Part shown: piece after piece, positions 38,101 through 46,431 of the stretch
Layout of the letters: every line of letters begins with the position of its first letter
Numbering within the stretch: the stretch's first letter is position 1
Program-made: the position numbers and the translations under genes
NCBI GenBank assembly: GCA_045543655.1
Contig: JAZPXN010000035.1
Span: 955 to 64,954, forward strand
Direction of reading: 5' to 3'
DNA: 64,000 nucleotides
Source: Eubacteriales bacterium
GTDB taxonomy: Bacteria; Bacillota; Clostridia; Oscillospirales; UBA644
The notes under the pieces: generated by a model
The model's database searches: none
What the model was told of the DNA's origin: nothing
The model's input: only the letters and a program-made list of their open reading frames with translations

Positions 38101-40468
38101 GATTATATCCGTTATCCCGGGGGACGTCGCAATCACCCAGGATTTTCCAGAGAATCCCGTTGAAATCGCCGGCTTTTTGCAGCTCTTCGTATTCCTTCAG
38201 GTTTGCATTGGACAAAATCGCGCAGGTCTCTTCCATGGAGATTCCCCCGGCGCTGGCCTGGACGAGAATCTTATGCAGAGCATCCTGCTTCCGGCTTTTT
38301 TCCACCGGGATGCGGAGCAGCTGCTCCGATTGCCATAGCCCGTTGATATTGGCGGCGTAATAATCCCGCAGAAGATAGGGCCGGGAAAAGACCATCACCA
38401 GAGCAGGACGGTCGGAGGTCATTGCCGCATAACGGCGGATCACGGCGGGAAGATTATCTTCTCCGTCAAAAGCAACGATCACGTTGTAGTGATCCGGATT
38501 ATACAACGGCGTATTGAAGAACAGCTGATTCTCCGGATTCGCAAAAAAGCCGTTGTTTGCGTTGGAATGGACACTTTCCCGGAAATCGCCGAAGGGGATC
38601 CGCTTGTCGGCGAAGAGGGAAACGGTTTCCGCGCCGAAGGAGACGGCGTAATCCGAGATATTGACGAGCACGCCCAATTCCTCCACCGCCATAGCGGACT
38701 GAGGAAGGACGATTTTGCCGTTCTCGTCGGGGCGGCCTTCAAAATCGTAACAGCAGACGGTGGTGGCAGGGGAATAATCCATGGCGTCCGCCGTCTTGAA
38801 TCCGGCGGAAAGCAGGTTTTTCAAGACCCGATCCAGCCCGGGGGCGCGGGAATCGTCAAAGCAGACGTATTTGATCTGCTTCGAGGTATAACGAACCCGA
38901 AACGCATCGTTCTTACAGGGATCGCCGGTCTTCGAGCGGCTGGATTTACTGCTGTTGCGGGCACGCAGGGCAGCTTCCTCCCGCACGTTGCGAAGATTCG
39001 TATCGAAAAGGGACATCTGCCGGGGATACTGATTGACGGAATTCAGCACGTCAACGAAGATCACCGTATCGATCAGGCAGGAAAAAGCGCTGTGATTTTT
39101 CTCAAAATCAGCAGAACAAAGATAAGGAAGATCCGTGACCAGAATACTGCAATCGTCAATACGGACCCGATCGATGTTGCTCCTCTCGCCGCTGACCGCA
39201 CAGACGTTCCAGACAGGATGATCCAGGGAAATCCCGGAATCGTCCACGGCGTCGGCGGTGACGGCACTCCCCGGATAAAGACTGTAAAGCTCTTCCATGG
39301 CCTGGGTCACGTATCCGGCCACCGCGTGGATCTGAACGTTGTCGTTACAGACGAAGACCACGTTGTCCCCGCGGGCGAGAACGGTAGAGAGGTATCTCAG
39401 AAAATAGGCAGAAAACTCAGAGAAGAACCCGCCGTTCACGATCACGCCGGTAGGAACCTCCCGCCCTTCGCCCTCGTGAACCGATTTTTTATCGTGCTTG
39501 ATCCCAAGGGAGTGCAGATCGTTGCGGACGATGACGTCAAGGCACTTGATATAGCCGGGCTTTGCGGGATGGGGATTGCGCTGATCCCCCTCGATCCCGT
39601 CGGCGATCATCCGGGTGACCGGAAGACAGTCGGTGGTGGAAATCTCCGAGGAATTCCGAAGATCCTCCAACTGACAGCGGAAGAAGTTTTTAAACAGCTT
39701 CCGGCACTGGTTGTTGACCTCCTCTACGTCCACGCTGTGATCCGCCGTCTTGGGCGGAACCTTCTGAAGCTCGGGGCATTTCGACTCCACGTACTCCAAG
39801 CCCCCCAGGAAAAACCACGCCTCGTACAGCGGAAGGAGGGTCAGCATGGGATAGAGATACCCGGCGTCAAAGATCTGAGAAAGAATGCCGTAAGGAATCC
39901 ACGCCGCCCCAAAGAAAATGGGGAGCTGATAAACAAGGAACAGCACGGCGTACAGCGCAGAGAGGGTAAGACAGAGAAATTTCAGGATCTTCCCGACGAA
40001 GAACCAGTATTCCTCTTTGAAAAACCGCAGAATCGCCCGTTCGATCTTCTGAAGCAGGGTAAAATCCCCGTTCTTCCCCCGGGGCATGGAGAGATCCTTT
40101 CCGGCCAACCCCATGCGGACGAACCGCAAAAGGAACCAGAAGAGAAGCCCGATCCCAAAATTGAGAAGAATGGCGAAGAACACCGAAACGGCGTAATCAA
40201 TACGGGCGTAGGTGGTGAAAAATCCTGCGATCCGCGTCAGCAGAGGCCAGGAAGTGATGGCATAGAACAGATCCTTCAGGGCGGTCATCACGATGGCAAC
40301 GACGATAAAATAGACCACGGTGAACAGCAGAATCCGAAATCGCTTATCGGAGATCTCGTTTTTCTTATCCTTCCGGAAGGAAAGGAATTCCAGAAGCAAC
40401 GGGATCGCCATCAGACAAACCAAAGCGATCATCAGAAAAACTCTCAGCAAAAGCCACAGTATTTCCAT
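35141..40468 (-). CDS. 1775-aa polytopic membrane protein: N-terminal TM block, large cytoplasmic region, zinc ribbon, DA1-like peptidase-like module, C-terminal transglutaminase-like Cys protease domain
   Basis: AGGAG RBS. About 6 hydrophobic helices in aa 1-225. Zinc ribbon CDTCDFCGK...MCRECAAKL (aa 1182-1212). ...LVRELSHVWQIKHLPNLEEGLAEGL... at aa 1300-1325. Transglutaminase-like triad context KAVCEGYA (Cys1579, codon 35732..35734), GGGHAWN (His1615), YYIDTTWDD (Asp1630). Confidence 0.85.
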   Translation of the reverse strand: MEILWLLLRVFLMIALVCLMAIPLLLEFLSFRKDKKNEISDKRFRILLFTVVYFIVVAIVMTALKDLFYAITSWPLLTRIAGFFTTYARIDYAVSVFFAILLNFGIGLLFWFLLRFVRMGLAGKDLSMPRGKNGDFTLLQKIERAILRFFKEEYWFFVGKILKFLCLTLSALYAVLFLVYQLPIFFGAAWIPYGILSQIFDAGYLYPMLTLLPLYEAWFFLGGLEYVESKCPELQKVPPKTADHSVDVEEVNNQCRKLFKNFFRCQLEDLRNSSEISTTDCLPVTRMIADGIEGDQRNPHPAKPGYIKCLDVIVRNDLHSLGIKHDKKSVHEGEGREVPTGVIVNGGFFSEFSAYFLRYLSTVLARGDNVVFVCNDNVQIHAVAGYVTQAMEELYSLYPGSAVTADAVDDSGISLDHPVWNVCAVSGERSNIDRVRIDDCSILVTDLPYLCSADFEKNHSAFSCLIDTVIFVDVLNSVNQYPRQMSLFDTNLRNVREEAALRARNSSKSSRSKTGDPCKNDAFRVRYTSKQIKYVCFDDSRAPGLDRVLKNLLSAGFKTADAMDYSPATTVCCYDFEGRPDENGKIVLPQSAMAVEELGVLVNISDYAVSFGAETVSLFADKRIPFGDFRESVHSNANNGFFANPENQLFFNTPLYNPDHYNVIVAFDGEDNLPAVIRRYAAMTSDRPALVMVFSRPYLLRDYYAANINGLWQSEQLLRIPVEKSRKQDALHKILVQASAGGISMEETCAILSNANLKEYEELQKAGDFNGILWKILGDCDVPRDNGYNLYDYFEFDSRREFGKDGVFVAEDKVRLRKHGTLYDYVKGRNMIRLVTPKAELLLPIPKDRITQNFIVGQNMLYDGNVYVINNLDPESGKIYVSRVTGGRNNVSYQYLPDREYYVHWSSDADRVYPTKHMTLGAGDDVRVEDVYLAVYRRPMEVLTKGYTPINHRTLALNGADALPYEDLTCEGREDAFRQTYRRYGRIVPEEAVCSSDTILSGKGSCVSSENGALVMSLKMTGSFGENAPRIASLAAAMLHELMRSVFPSVADSVAVCPVLPEGTDLDVPTAIRTRLPKAFCRGYSAEPGCVELLIIEDCPSDIGVISVLMSSGDHVLRTLFDPICKYLNWYSAAEEKSPYLYYGGDAEPACFDFAGLTKLANLLCDENYEIQFVPIEEVALCDTCDFCGKRYPKGPDVTALPDGRKMCRECAAKLVGNHKRVLKEHLDRARIFLESSYGISLDNDYEFCFESTVNIVNSLRQHPDFRRRGADLPLKSYVDEKKKVHVEYELPSANLSELLVRELSHVWQIKHLPNLEEGLAEGLPALVGIQYLRFLGHDGLASARSTYYESNGSLSGEGYRKLVRELLANPQYKNNPFLYLSEYSGGSEKPVVRVLTPRVIGAGEYGKPYVPTTPDRTTDGSVPYFYYARLSLERQALYDAMLDGIRDFAEVIPAEGGVTSADVDTVSECIAFDHPELFWYKIAQLRGSEIRFWYGATATEAEEIRRRIDEVVPKYLDGITDAMSAYDVALRMHVKLISSVDYDTVSLNREKAAGGPKLEEIDRLRSIYGVFLDGKAVCEGYARALQYLLQKCGVECAEAAGNIIKDTGELGGGHAWNIIKIDGDYYYIDTTWDDSSNTVQTVKSNDLGFDYFCITEEELLRTRDLKMCPLEMPKCEATKANYFYHNGYVLETYDLNKIRAIAQIAIENKADSFSFKCTTREVYETALNKLCADGKDGYDLLKVLSKTDKKLDVNRFRYGWNKNLRTVTFKFQRK

Positions 40469-40486
40469 ATTGTCGGTACTCCTTTC

Positions 40487-42748
40487 TCAGCGTTCGTAGA
40501 TCTTCCGCAAGAATTCGTCGTCAATGATCGAATAGATCTCACGGTTTCCGTCTTCGCAATAGGCCTTGGTGTAGTCGATTTTTTCCTGATTGGAGGGACG
40601 GCCCGCATCACAGTGGGAGCATTCCATATCCTCCAGAATATTTTCGACCGTCTCCCGCCATTCCTTCAGCTTCCCCAGATGATGGCTCAGCTTCGCATCG
40701 GCAATGCGGCAGCAATCCCGATAAAAATCCACGTCCAGAACGTATTCGTAAACCCAGCGAAGGGAAGGAATATGCTTTACGAAAAGATCGTCGAAGGCCC
40801 GGACGGCGGCCTTGTTTTTATTGATCACTTCATCCGAGAGCTTCACCAGCTCCTTCCAAAGCTTTTCCATCTTGCGCAAATGGAAATACCGGGCGATGCC
40901 AAATCCCACCCCGAGAAGGAAATAGGGAACCAGCACGAACAGGACGGCGATCAGGGGGCCCTGAGGACTGGAGTGGATCATCTCCCACTGAATCATAAAA
41001 TAGGGAACCAAAAATACGGCCAGCGCAACGGCAAGAACGATCAGCATCGCCATCAGCTTCTTCAGGCTGTTTTCAATTTTTTGCACCCGGTTGGCAAACC
41101 ATTTGCACTGCTCCTGAATATTGGTCATGGCGATATCCCGCCCGACGCTGAACTTCAGGTATTCGCAGAGAACGGTTTCGTAGGCTCTGCGGGAGGACCG
41201 CTCCAGGAAGGAAACGGGGGTCTTTTCGGCAGAAGGGGCCTTGCTTTCGCTGTACATATAATCGTTCTTGACCGCATCCTCGTCGTCGAGGCGGAGAACG
41301 CTCCGCTTCCGCAACACCGGAGGCAGATTGTTCTTCGACCGACCGGAATAATTGGCCATGCGGAGCTCCACGTGGTTGCTCAGCTCCCGCAGGAAATTCA
41401 GATGATGGTTCGCAAGACCGTCGGACCGCTGAATATAATCCTTCGCAGACGAACCGAAGGCGTCGGTCTTATATCCGTCGCCGCCCCCGTCGAAGGGCTT
41501 ATAGGCCTCTTCGTTGAACCAGGGCGCAACGTCTCCCGTTTCCAGCTCCATCCGGACGGGATCGTTCATTTTTGCCGTGTCATGCCTCCCGTTCGCGTCG
41601 GCCTTCTGCTCGGTCTTGGGATCGATGACCTTCGAAACGTATTGAGAGCTCCGGTTTCCGGCCGCGTCCAGACCAAACTTTTCGTGGGCAAAACGGCGGG
41701 GAGCGGGAGCCAGACCGAGGGAGGTATAATCGTCCTTCAAGGCGGCGGCTTCCCCTTCAAACCGGGCGTAGGTCTGCTTTTTCTTCAAAAGCATGCAGAA
41801 CAGCTCGTTCCACTGTTCGGAAGAGGGATTTACGATTTTCTTTCCGGGCAGATTCAGAGAATTCCCCTCCGACTTCCCGTAAACACTGCCGGTGCGGACG
41901 CACTCCAGCAGAAGGCATTGCAGAAGCAGATTCCGCTTCGTGCTCATTTCTTTGTTCGTTCTGCCGCCCCGGCGGTCGGTGACGAATTCGGAAACCACCG
42001 CCTTTCCGGCGCAATCCGACTCGTAAATACGGTCCACGGCGTAGGTCAGATCCATGGAAGCGCGGTCGGGGAGCACGTATTCCCCGGAATCGGGATCGGC
42101 GGAAATTCCCCGGAGCATAAGACCGATCTTTTCCCGATACAGGTTGCGGACGAAGGCAAGGCGGGGAGAAGCGTCGGCCGCCAAAGCAGACTCAAGAGCC
42201 TCTCCGGGATGGGCTTCCGCCAGACGGGCCATCTCCAAAGGATCGGGAAGCTCCAGCATCTTTAAAAGGACGTCCCGCTTCTGCCGGTCAAGATAGGTAT
42301 ATCCGTCGTCGTCGATCACGTTGTTGCCCACGTCGTCCGCGTCGATGCGGTTTTGCTCCATCAGAATCAGCATCCGCTCCACGGGACAGCGGCCGATGGA
42401 GACCAACGTCTCGTAGATCGTTTCCACGAGGAACCGGACGCACAGGCGGCGCAGCATCCCGTAGGCCGCGTTTTTATCGACCCGGTCGGGGCAGTTTTGC
42501 ACAAGCGTAACGTATTCCGGCATTTCCAGAAGATCGACGTAGACGACGAGATTGTAATCGTTGCCCATTTCCTTGTAATTGTCGATCATTTCGCCCAGCT
42601 TTTCCGCATGGGAAAGAAACCCCTCCTCCATCAGCGAAGAGAGGGATACGTCGATCTGGGTCAGCTTACGGAATTCCTTCTCAATTCCCAGAACGTCCAT
42701 CCGGCCGCCGACCGCGTTGGGGGACGTATTGATAAATACGGTATGCAT
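40487..42748 (-). CDS. 754-aa hypothetical protein with a TM hairpin near the C-terminus
   Basis: Trimmed from TTG 42775 to ATG 42748 (MHTVFINTSPNAVGG...), with GGAGGA 9 nt upstream. Two adjacent hydrophobic helices: LMAMLIVLAVALAVFLVPYFMI and PLIAVLFVLVPYFLLGVGFGIA. No recognisable catalytic motif. The stop lies 18 nt before the next start. Confidence 0.8.
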   Translation of the reverse strand: MHTVFINTSPNAVGGRMDVLGIEKEFRKLTQIDVSLSSLMEEGFLSHAEKLGEMIDNYKEMGNDYNLVVYVDLLEMPEYVTLVQNCPDRVDKNAAYGMLRRLCVRFLVETIYETLVSIGRCPVERMLILMEQNRIDADDVGNNVIDDDGYTYLDRQKRDVLLKMLELPDPLEMARLAEAHPGEALESALAADASPRLAFVRNLYREKIGLMLRGISADPDSGEYVLPDRASMDLTYAVDRIYESDCAGKAVVSEFVTDRRGGRTNKEMSTKRNLLLQCLLLECVRTGSVYGKSEGNSLNLPGKKIVNPSSEQWNELFCMLLKKKQTYARFEGEAAALKDDYTSLGLAPAPRRFAHEKFGLDAAGNRSSQYVSKVIDPKTEQKADANGRHDTAKMNDPVRMELETGDVAPWFNEEAYKPFDGGGDGYKTDAFGSSAKDYIQRSDGLANHHLNFLRELSNHVELRMANYSGRSKNNLPPVLRKRSVLRLDDEDAVKNDYMYSESKAPSAEKTPVSFLERSSRRAYETVLCEYLKFSVGRDIAMTNIQEQCKWFANRVQKIENSLKKLMAMLIVLAVALAVFLVPYFMIQWEMIHSSPQGPLIAVLFVLVPYFLLGVGFGIARYFHLRKMEKLWKELVKLSDEVINKNKAAVRAFDDLFVKHIPSLRWVYEYVLDVDFYRDCCRIADAKLSHHLGKLKEWRETVENILEDMECSHCDAGRPSNQEKIDYTKAYCEDGNREIYSIIDDEFLRKIYER

Positions 42749-42770
42749 ATGCAAAACTCCTCCGAGGACT

Positions 42771-42807
42771 CCCAAAGGGAGGTGTCGGAAAACACCTCCC
42801 TTTTGGG
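42771..42807 (-). promoter_or_regulatory. Strong intercistronic hairpin between the tubulin-like gene and the next gene
   Basis: 14 contiguous base pairs (aaagggaggtgt/acacctcccttt core) with a 6-nt loop, extended by 3 G-C pairs across a 1-nt bulge. No T-run follows on the minus strand. It lies in the 71-nt gap 42749..42819. Confidence 0.6.
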
Positions 42808-42819
42808 GTCAGGTTAACT

Positions 42820-45800
42820 TCAGATAATATCGGTGCCTTCAGCGTCGCCGGAATCGGTAGTTCCGTCGTCGTCAATGGCCAGCTTCAGCTCCTGGAAGTC
42901 CTTGATCCAGGTATACTTGAGATACCGGTTCTTGCCCTTCATGGAGCTCTTCTGATAGATCCGGTGGCAGAGACGGACCTTGGCTTCGGCGATCTGATCC
43001 TCACCGCGGATCATATCGTAGTGGTTGGCCACGTCTTCCATCAGCGCGGCAAAGCCACCGATCAGATTGCTGTAGATATCGTCGTTGCAATCCTTGGACA
43101 TGGCGTAACGGGTGGTCATGGTGACGGCGTTCAGATCGTTGTCCACCAGAAGCCCCTTCAGCAGCTTGGTGCCCACGTAAGTGGTCATATCGGTCAGATC
43201 AGCCTCGTATTCGGCTTCCAGCTCCCGGACGATGGTTGACTCGAAGGAGGAGCTGTTGCGCAGAGCTCTTACCAGACGGGTGATATCGGTCTTGCCGATG
43301 GGTCTGCCATTCTCCTCCAGAGCCACGACCTTGGGCTGACGGTTGCCGTAAGCGTCCTTCCGGTATTCGATCAGACAGAACCTGTCGTGATCGATCACCA
43401 GCCGGCCGTAAGCCACGGCGCGCCAGAAGGCCTGGTAGAATTTCCGGTTGGCCTCTTCCTGCTTTTCGGCGCTGACGTAGGGCAGGAATTCGTGCCAGGT
43501 CTTATCCAGGTGGGGAGAATCCACGTCGGAGCCCCTGGCGATCATATTGGTGATCACGGCGTCGTAGTGCTTATAGTAATCCCCGCCTTCGGTTTCCCGG
43601 AACTTGCTGACGGCAGAGGCGGTGACGCCGTAGATGGAGGTATAGCAATACAGCTCGTTTTCGCCGTAGCGCTCGTGAGCGGCAGTGGCCTTATTGGCGC
43701 CGAGATTTGCCTCCAGAGCGGGGCAACGGGCCACGGTGTTGGGATGGAAGCCCCAGAAGGTCAGCTCCGTCTGGATCGGCATATACAGCTTCTCCCCGTC
43801 GGAGGTGGTCATCCACACGGCGCTGTCCGTATCGGGCTCAAAGCCGTCGTCGGATTTCTTCACCACGACGTCGGGCTGAGCAATGAGGAAGGGCTGGGCC
43901 TTCTGAGAAAGGCGGTTGCGATATTCCACCACGGCAGCCTGATGGCGGACCATCGCCTTTTCCGCATCGTTGTTGACGGCAAAGGGATCCTCGGATTCGG
44001 GAGCCCGGTCCTGCTGATACTTATAATCGCTCTCCTTATAGATCGCGCTGATAATATCGAGATCCACCAGGTCTCTGCATTCGGAGACGATGGTCTTGGT
44101 GAAGGAGGAGATGATCTTGTCGTGGAAGGCAGAGATGATGGATTCCTTCAGGTATTCCGCATTCTTGGGAACGTTGGGACGGACGCGGGAGCAGAACTTC
44201 CCGTAAATGGAATCGATGACGTCCCGGTTCAACTCGTGATTCCGGCCGGTCAGATCAAGGTTGAGAGAATCGTAGACCTCCTGCTTGTGTCCTTCCCGGG
44301 CGTAAACGTAAAGGGTCTTGCTGGCGTCTTCCTCGGTGGAGGCCACGTTCTCTGCGATCTCGGTCTCAAGCCGTTCCAGAAGAGCGGGGAAATCCCGGAA
44401 CATCTTCTCGATTTCGGCGATGAGAACGGTCAGACGGTCGTTCAACTTGGTCAGGACCTTCTGCTTCAGGATCGCGACCTCGTAATCCTTGCACAGGATC
44501 GCGTTGGCGGTGTTATAAAGCTTATACTTCCGGATGAAGTGCTGGATCTCGCTCTTGCTGATATGCATACCGACCTGAGACCAGTATTCCTCCAGCGTTT
44601 CGTTCTTCCGGGTCTTTTCGATATTGAAGGAGACCTTCTGATCCCCCTTCAGGGCCTTGGAGCGGCTCTTGGCGGGAGCAAGCATGCTCAGCTCGGTTTC
44701 AATGCGGCGGGCCAGCTTATACAGAAGATACTTGGCGGCAATGGGATGAACGAAGAATTTCTTGCCGTTGAAGTCTTCCTTCACGAACAGGCCGTAAAGG
44801 GTCTCGACGTCGTTCATATTGACCGACCCCATATCCATGGGAACGAAGGAACGGACGATGGAATCGGCGTAATCCTCACAGTTCTCGTCAAACTGATCGA
44901 GGACCTTGGCCACGATCCCCTCTTCCTTGGCGCGGATGCCCTTAAGGTCCTGCACGATGGTAGCGGGGAAGTTTTCGGGGTTCTCCGGATCGGCCAGATT
45001 TCTGCCCAACCGGGAAACCTTTCCGGTATCGCCGTTGGCCTCCACGGAAGCGCTGACGGCGTTATCCAGAAGGGATACGAAGCCTTCGATCTTGCAGGAG
45101 GGGATGACGATCATCTCACTGCCGTCGGCGGAGGGCTCCCGGGTCTCGTTGAAGATATCGTTGCGGATGGAGACGAAGAGACGGTCTTCCTTCCCCACGT
45201 GATCGGTCTTGGAGGTCTTCTCGTCGAAGATCTCGATAAACTTATCCCGGCGGCTGACGGGCTTGGGATCAAGACCGTCCTTTTCGGCGAGCTTCGCCTC
45301 TTCTTCCAGGGCGTCGATCTCCGCGTCGATGCGGTTCCATCCCTCGTTGACCGAATCCTTAGCGGCCCGCAGGGCACAGTACTCGGTCACGACGTCTCTG
45401 GGATATTCGGCCTTGGAGGTGCCGCAGGATCCGTAGACCGGCTCCTTGCTGGAATTGAAGGCGCGGAAGAGGTTGTCTTCCACCGAGTACAGCTCGGAAT
45501 ACATGGGAGCGTACAGCTGCATGTATACGATCTGGGCCACGATCTTTTCATATTCACCGATGCTGGTGAAGGCAGCGCCGCCCTTATCCACGTCGTCGAT
45601 AAAGAAGGCGTTATCAAAGACCTGACGGACGCCGGGCTTGCGGCTGTCGAAAAGATCCTGAATAATAATGGGGCGTTCGGGCAGGAAGTTCTTGCGAACC
45701 ACCTTGTTGATGGCGTTCAGCTCCCGGATGGCGGCGTAGGCGTTGGCGTAATAGTACAGCTTCTTCCGGGCGTTGTTCTTGGCGTTGGGGATGGTGCGCA

Positions 45801-46389
45801 GGAACACGTCGGGCAGGAGCAGGATGCCGCGGATGGTAGCCTCGCAGTTCCGTTTTTCAAAGAACTGACGGAGCCACAGAGCAACCTGGATGAACATCCC
45901 GGAGCCGGTACCGCCGGCCAGGGAAGAAACCAGCATCACGCGGAGCTTTTCCGGCTTGCCGGACTTGTTATGGAACACCTTCTCAATGGCGTTTTCCAGC
46001 TCCTGGATCTTACCGGTGGACATGGTATCCATAAAAGCAATACGGGATTTGATGCGGATCTCGGAGGCGCCGTCGATCATCGACTCGTCTCCGAAGGTCT
46101 CGTCGGAGGTACACCAGTTTTTGGTGTCCTTATTGGCATAAAGCGCCAGATATTCGCGGATCTTCCGATCGTCGCAGGTGGGGATAACGGGAATATCGGT
46201 ACCGCTGTCGGTGATATTCGTGTTATCGTTCTGATTGGTATCCATGACGGCGCAGGTGACCTTACCGTCGTTGATGGCAATGGAATTCTTCCGCAACAGC
46301 ATTGCCACGTTGTTCACGACCCGGCTGCCGGTGCCACCCAGACCGATGAGAACGGTCTGCGTGTCCATCCGAATCAAATCTTGTTTCAT
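42820..46389 (-). CDS. Tubulin/FtsZ-superfamily GTPase-like protein with about 850-aa C-terminal extension (1189 aa)
   Basis: Trimmed to ATG 46389 (MKQDLIRMDTQTVLIGLGGTGSRV...), with GGAGG 8 nt upstream. T1-like loop GLGGTGS (46324..46344). Tubulin-signature-like SLAGGTGSG (45898..45924). Long extension, then an acidic tail ...AIDDDGTTDSGDAEGTDII. Confidence 0.85.
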   Translation of the reverse strand: MKQDLIRMDTQTVLIGLGGTGSRVVNNVAMLLRKNSIAINDGKVTCAVMDTNQNDNTNITDSGTDIPVIPTCDDRKIREYLALYANKDTKNWCTSDETFGDESMIDGASEIRIKSRIAFMDTMSTGKIQELENAIEKVFHNKSGKPEKLRVMLVSSLAGGTGSGMFIQVALWLRQFFEKRNCEATIRGILLLPDVFLRTIPNAKNNARKKLYYYANAYAAIRELNAINKVVRKNFLPERPIIIQDLFDSRKPGVRQVFDNAFFIDDVDKGGAAFTSIGEYEKIVAQIVYMQLYAPMYSELYSVEDNLFRAFNSSKEPVYGSCGTSKAEYPRDVVTEYCALRAAKDSVNEGWNRIDAEIDALEEEAKLAEKDGLDPKPVSRRDKFIEIFDEKTSKTDHVGKEDRLFVSIRNDIFNETREPSADGSEMIVIPSCKIEGFVSLLDNAVSASVEANGDTGKVSRLGRNLADPENPENFPATIVQDLKGIRAKEEGIVAKVLDQFDENCEDYADSIVRSFVPMDMGSVNMNDVETLYGLFVKEDFNGKKFFVHPIAAKYLLYKLARRIETELSMLAPAKSRSKALKGDQKVSFNIEKTRKNETLEEYWSQVGMHISKSEIQHFIRKYKLYNTANAILCKDYEVAILKQKVLTKLNDRLTVLIAEIEKMFRDFPALLERLETEIAENVASTEEDASKTLYVYAREGHKQEVYDSLNLDLTGRNHELNRDVIDSIYGKFCSRVRPNVPKNAEYLKESIISAFHDKIISSFTKTIVSECRDLVDLDIISAIYKESDYKYQQDRAPESEDPFAVNNDAEKAMVRHQAAVVEYRNRLSQKAQPFLIAQPDVVVKKSDDGFEPDTDSAVWMTTSDGEKLYMPIQTELTFWGFHPNTVARCPALEANLGANKATAAHERYGENELYCYTSIYGVTASAVSKFRETEGGDYYKHYDAVITNMIARGSDVDSPHLDKTWHEFLPYVSAEKQEEANRKFYQAFWRAVAYGRLVIDHDRFCLIEYRKDAYGNRQPKVVALEENGRPIGKTDITRLVRALRNSSSFESTIVRELEAEYEADLTDMTTYVGTKLLKGLLVDNDLNAVTMTTRYAMSKDCNDDIYSNLIGGFAALMEDVANHYDMIRGEDQIAEAKVRLCHRIYQKSSMKGKNRYLKYTWIKDFQELKLAIDDDGTTDSGDAEGTDII

Positions 46390-46431
46390 AGGGGGTACCT
46401 CCAAAACTGTATTTGTATATTTTTTTTTTGC

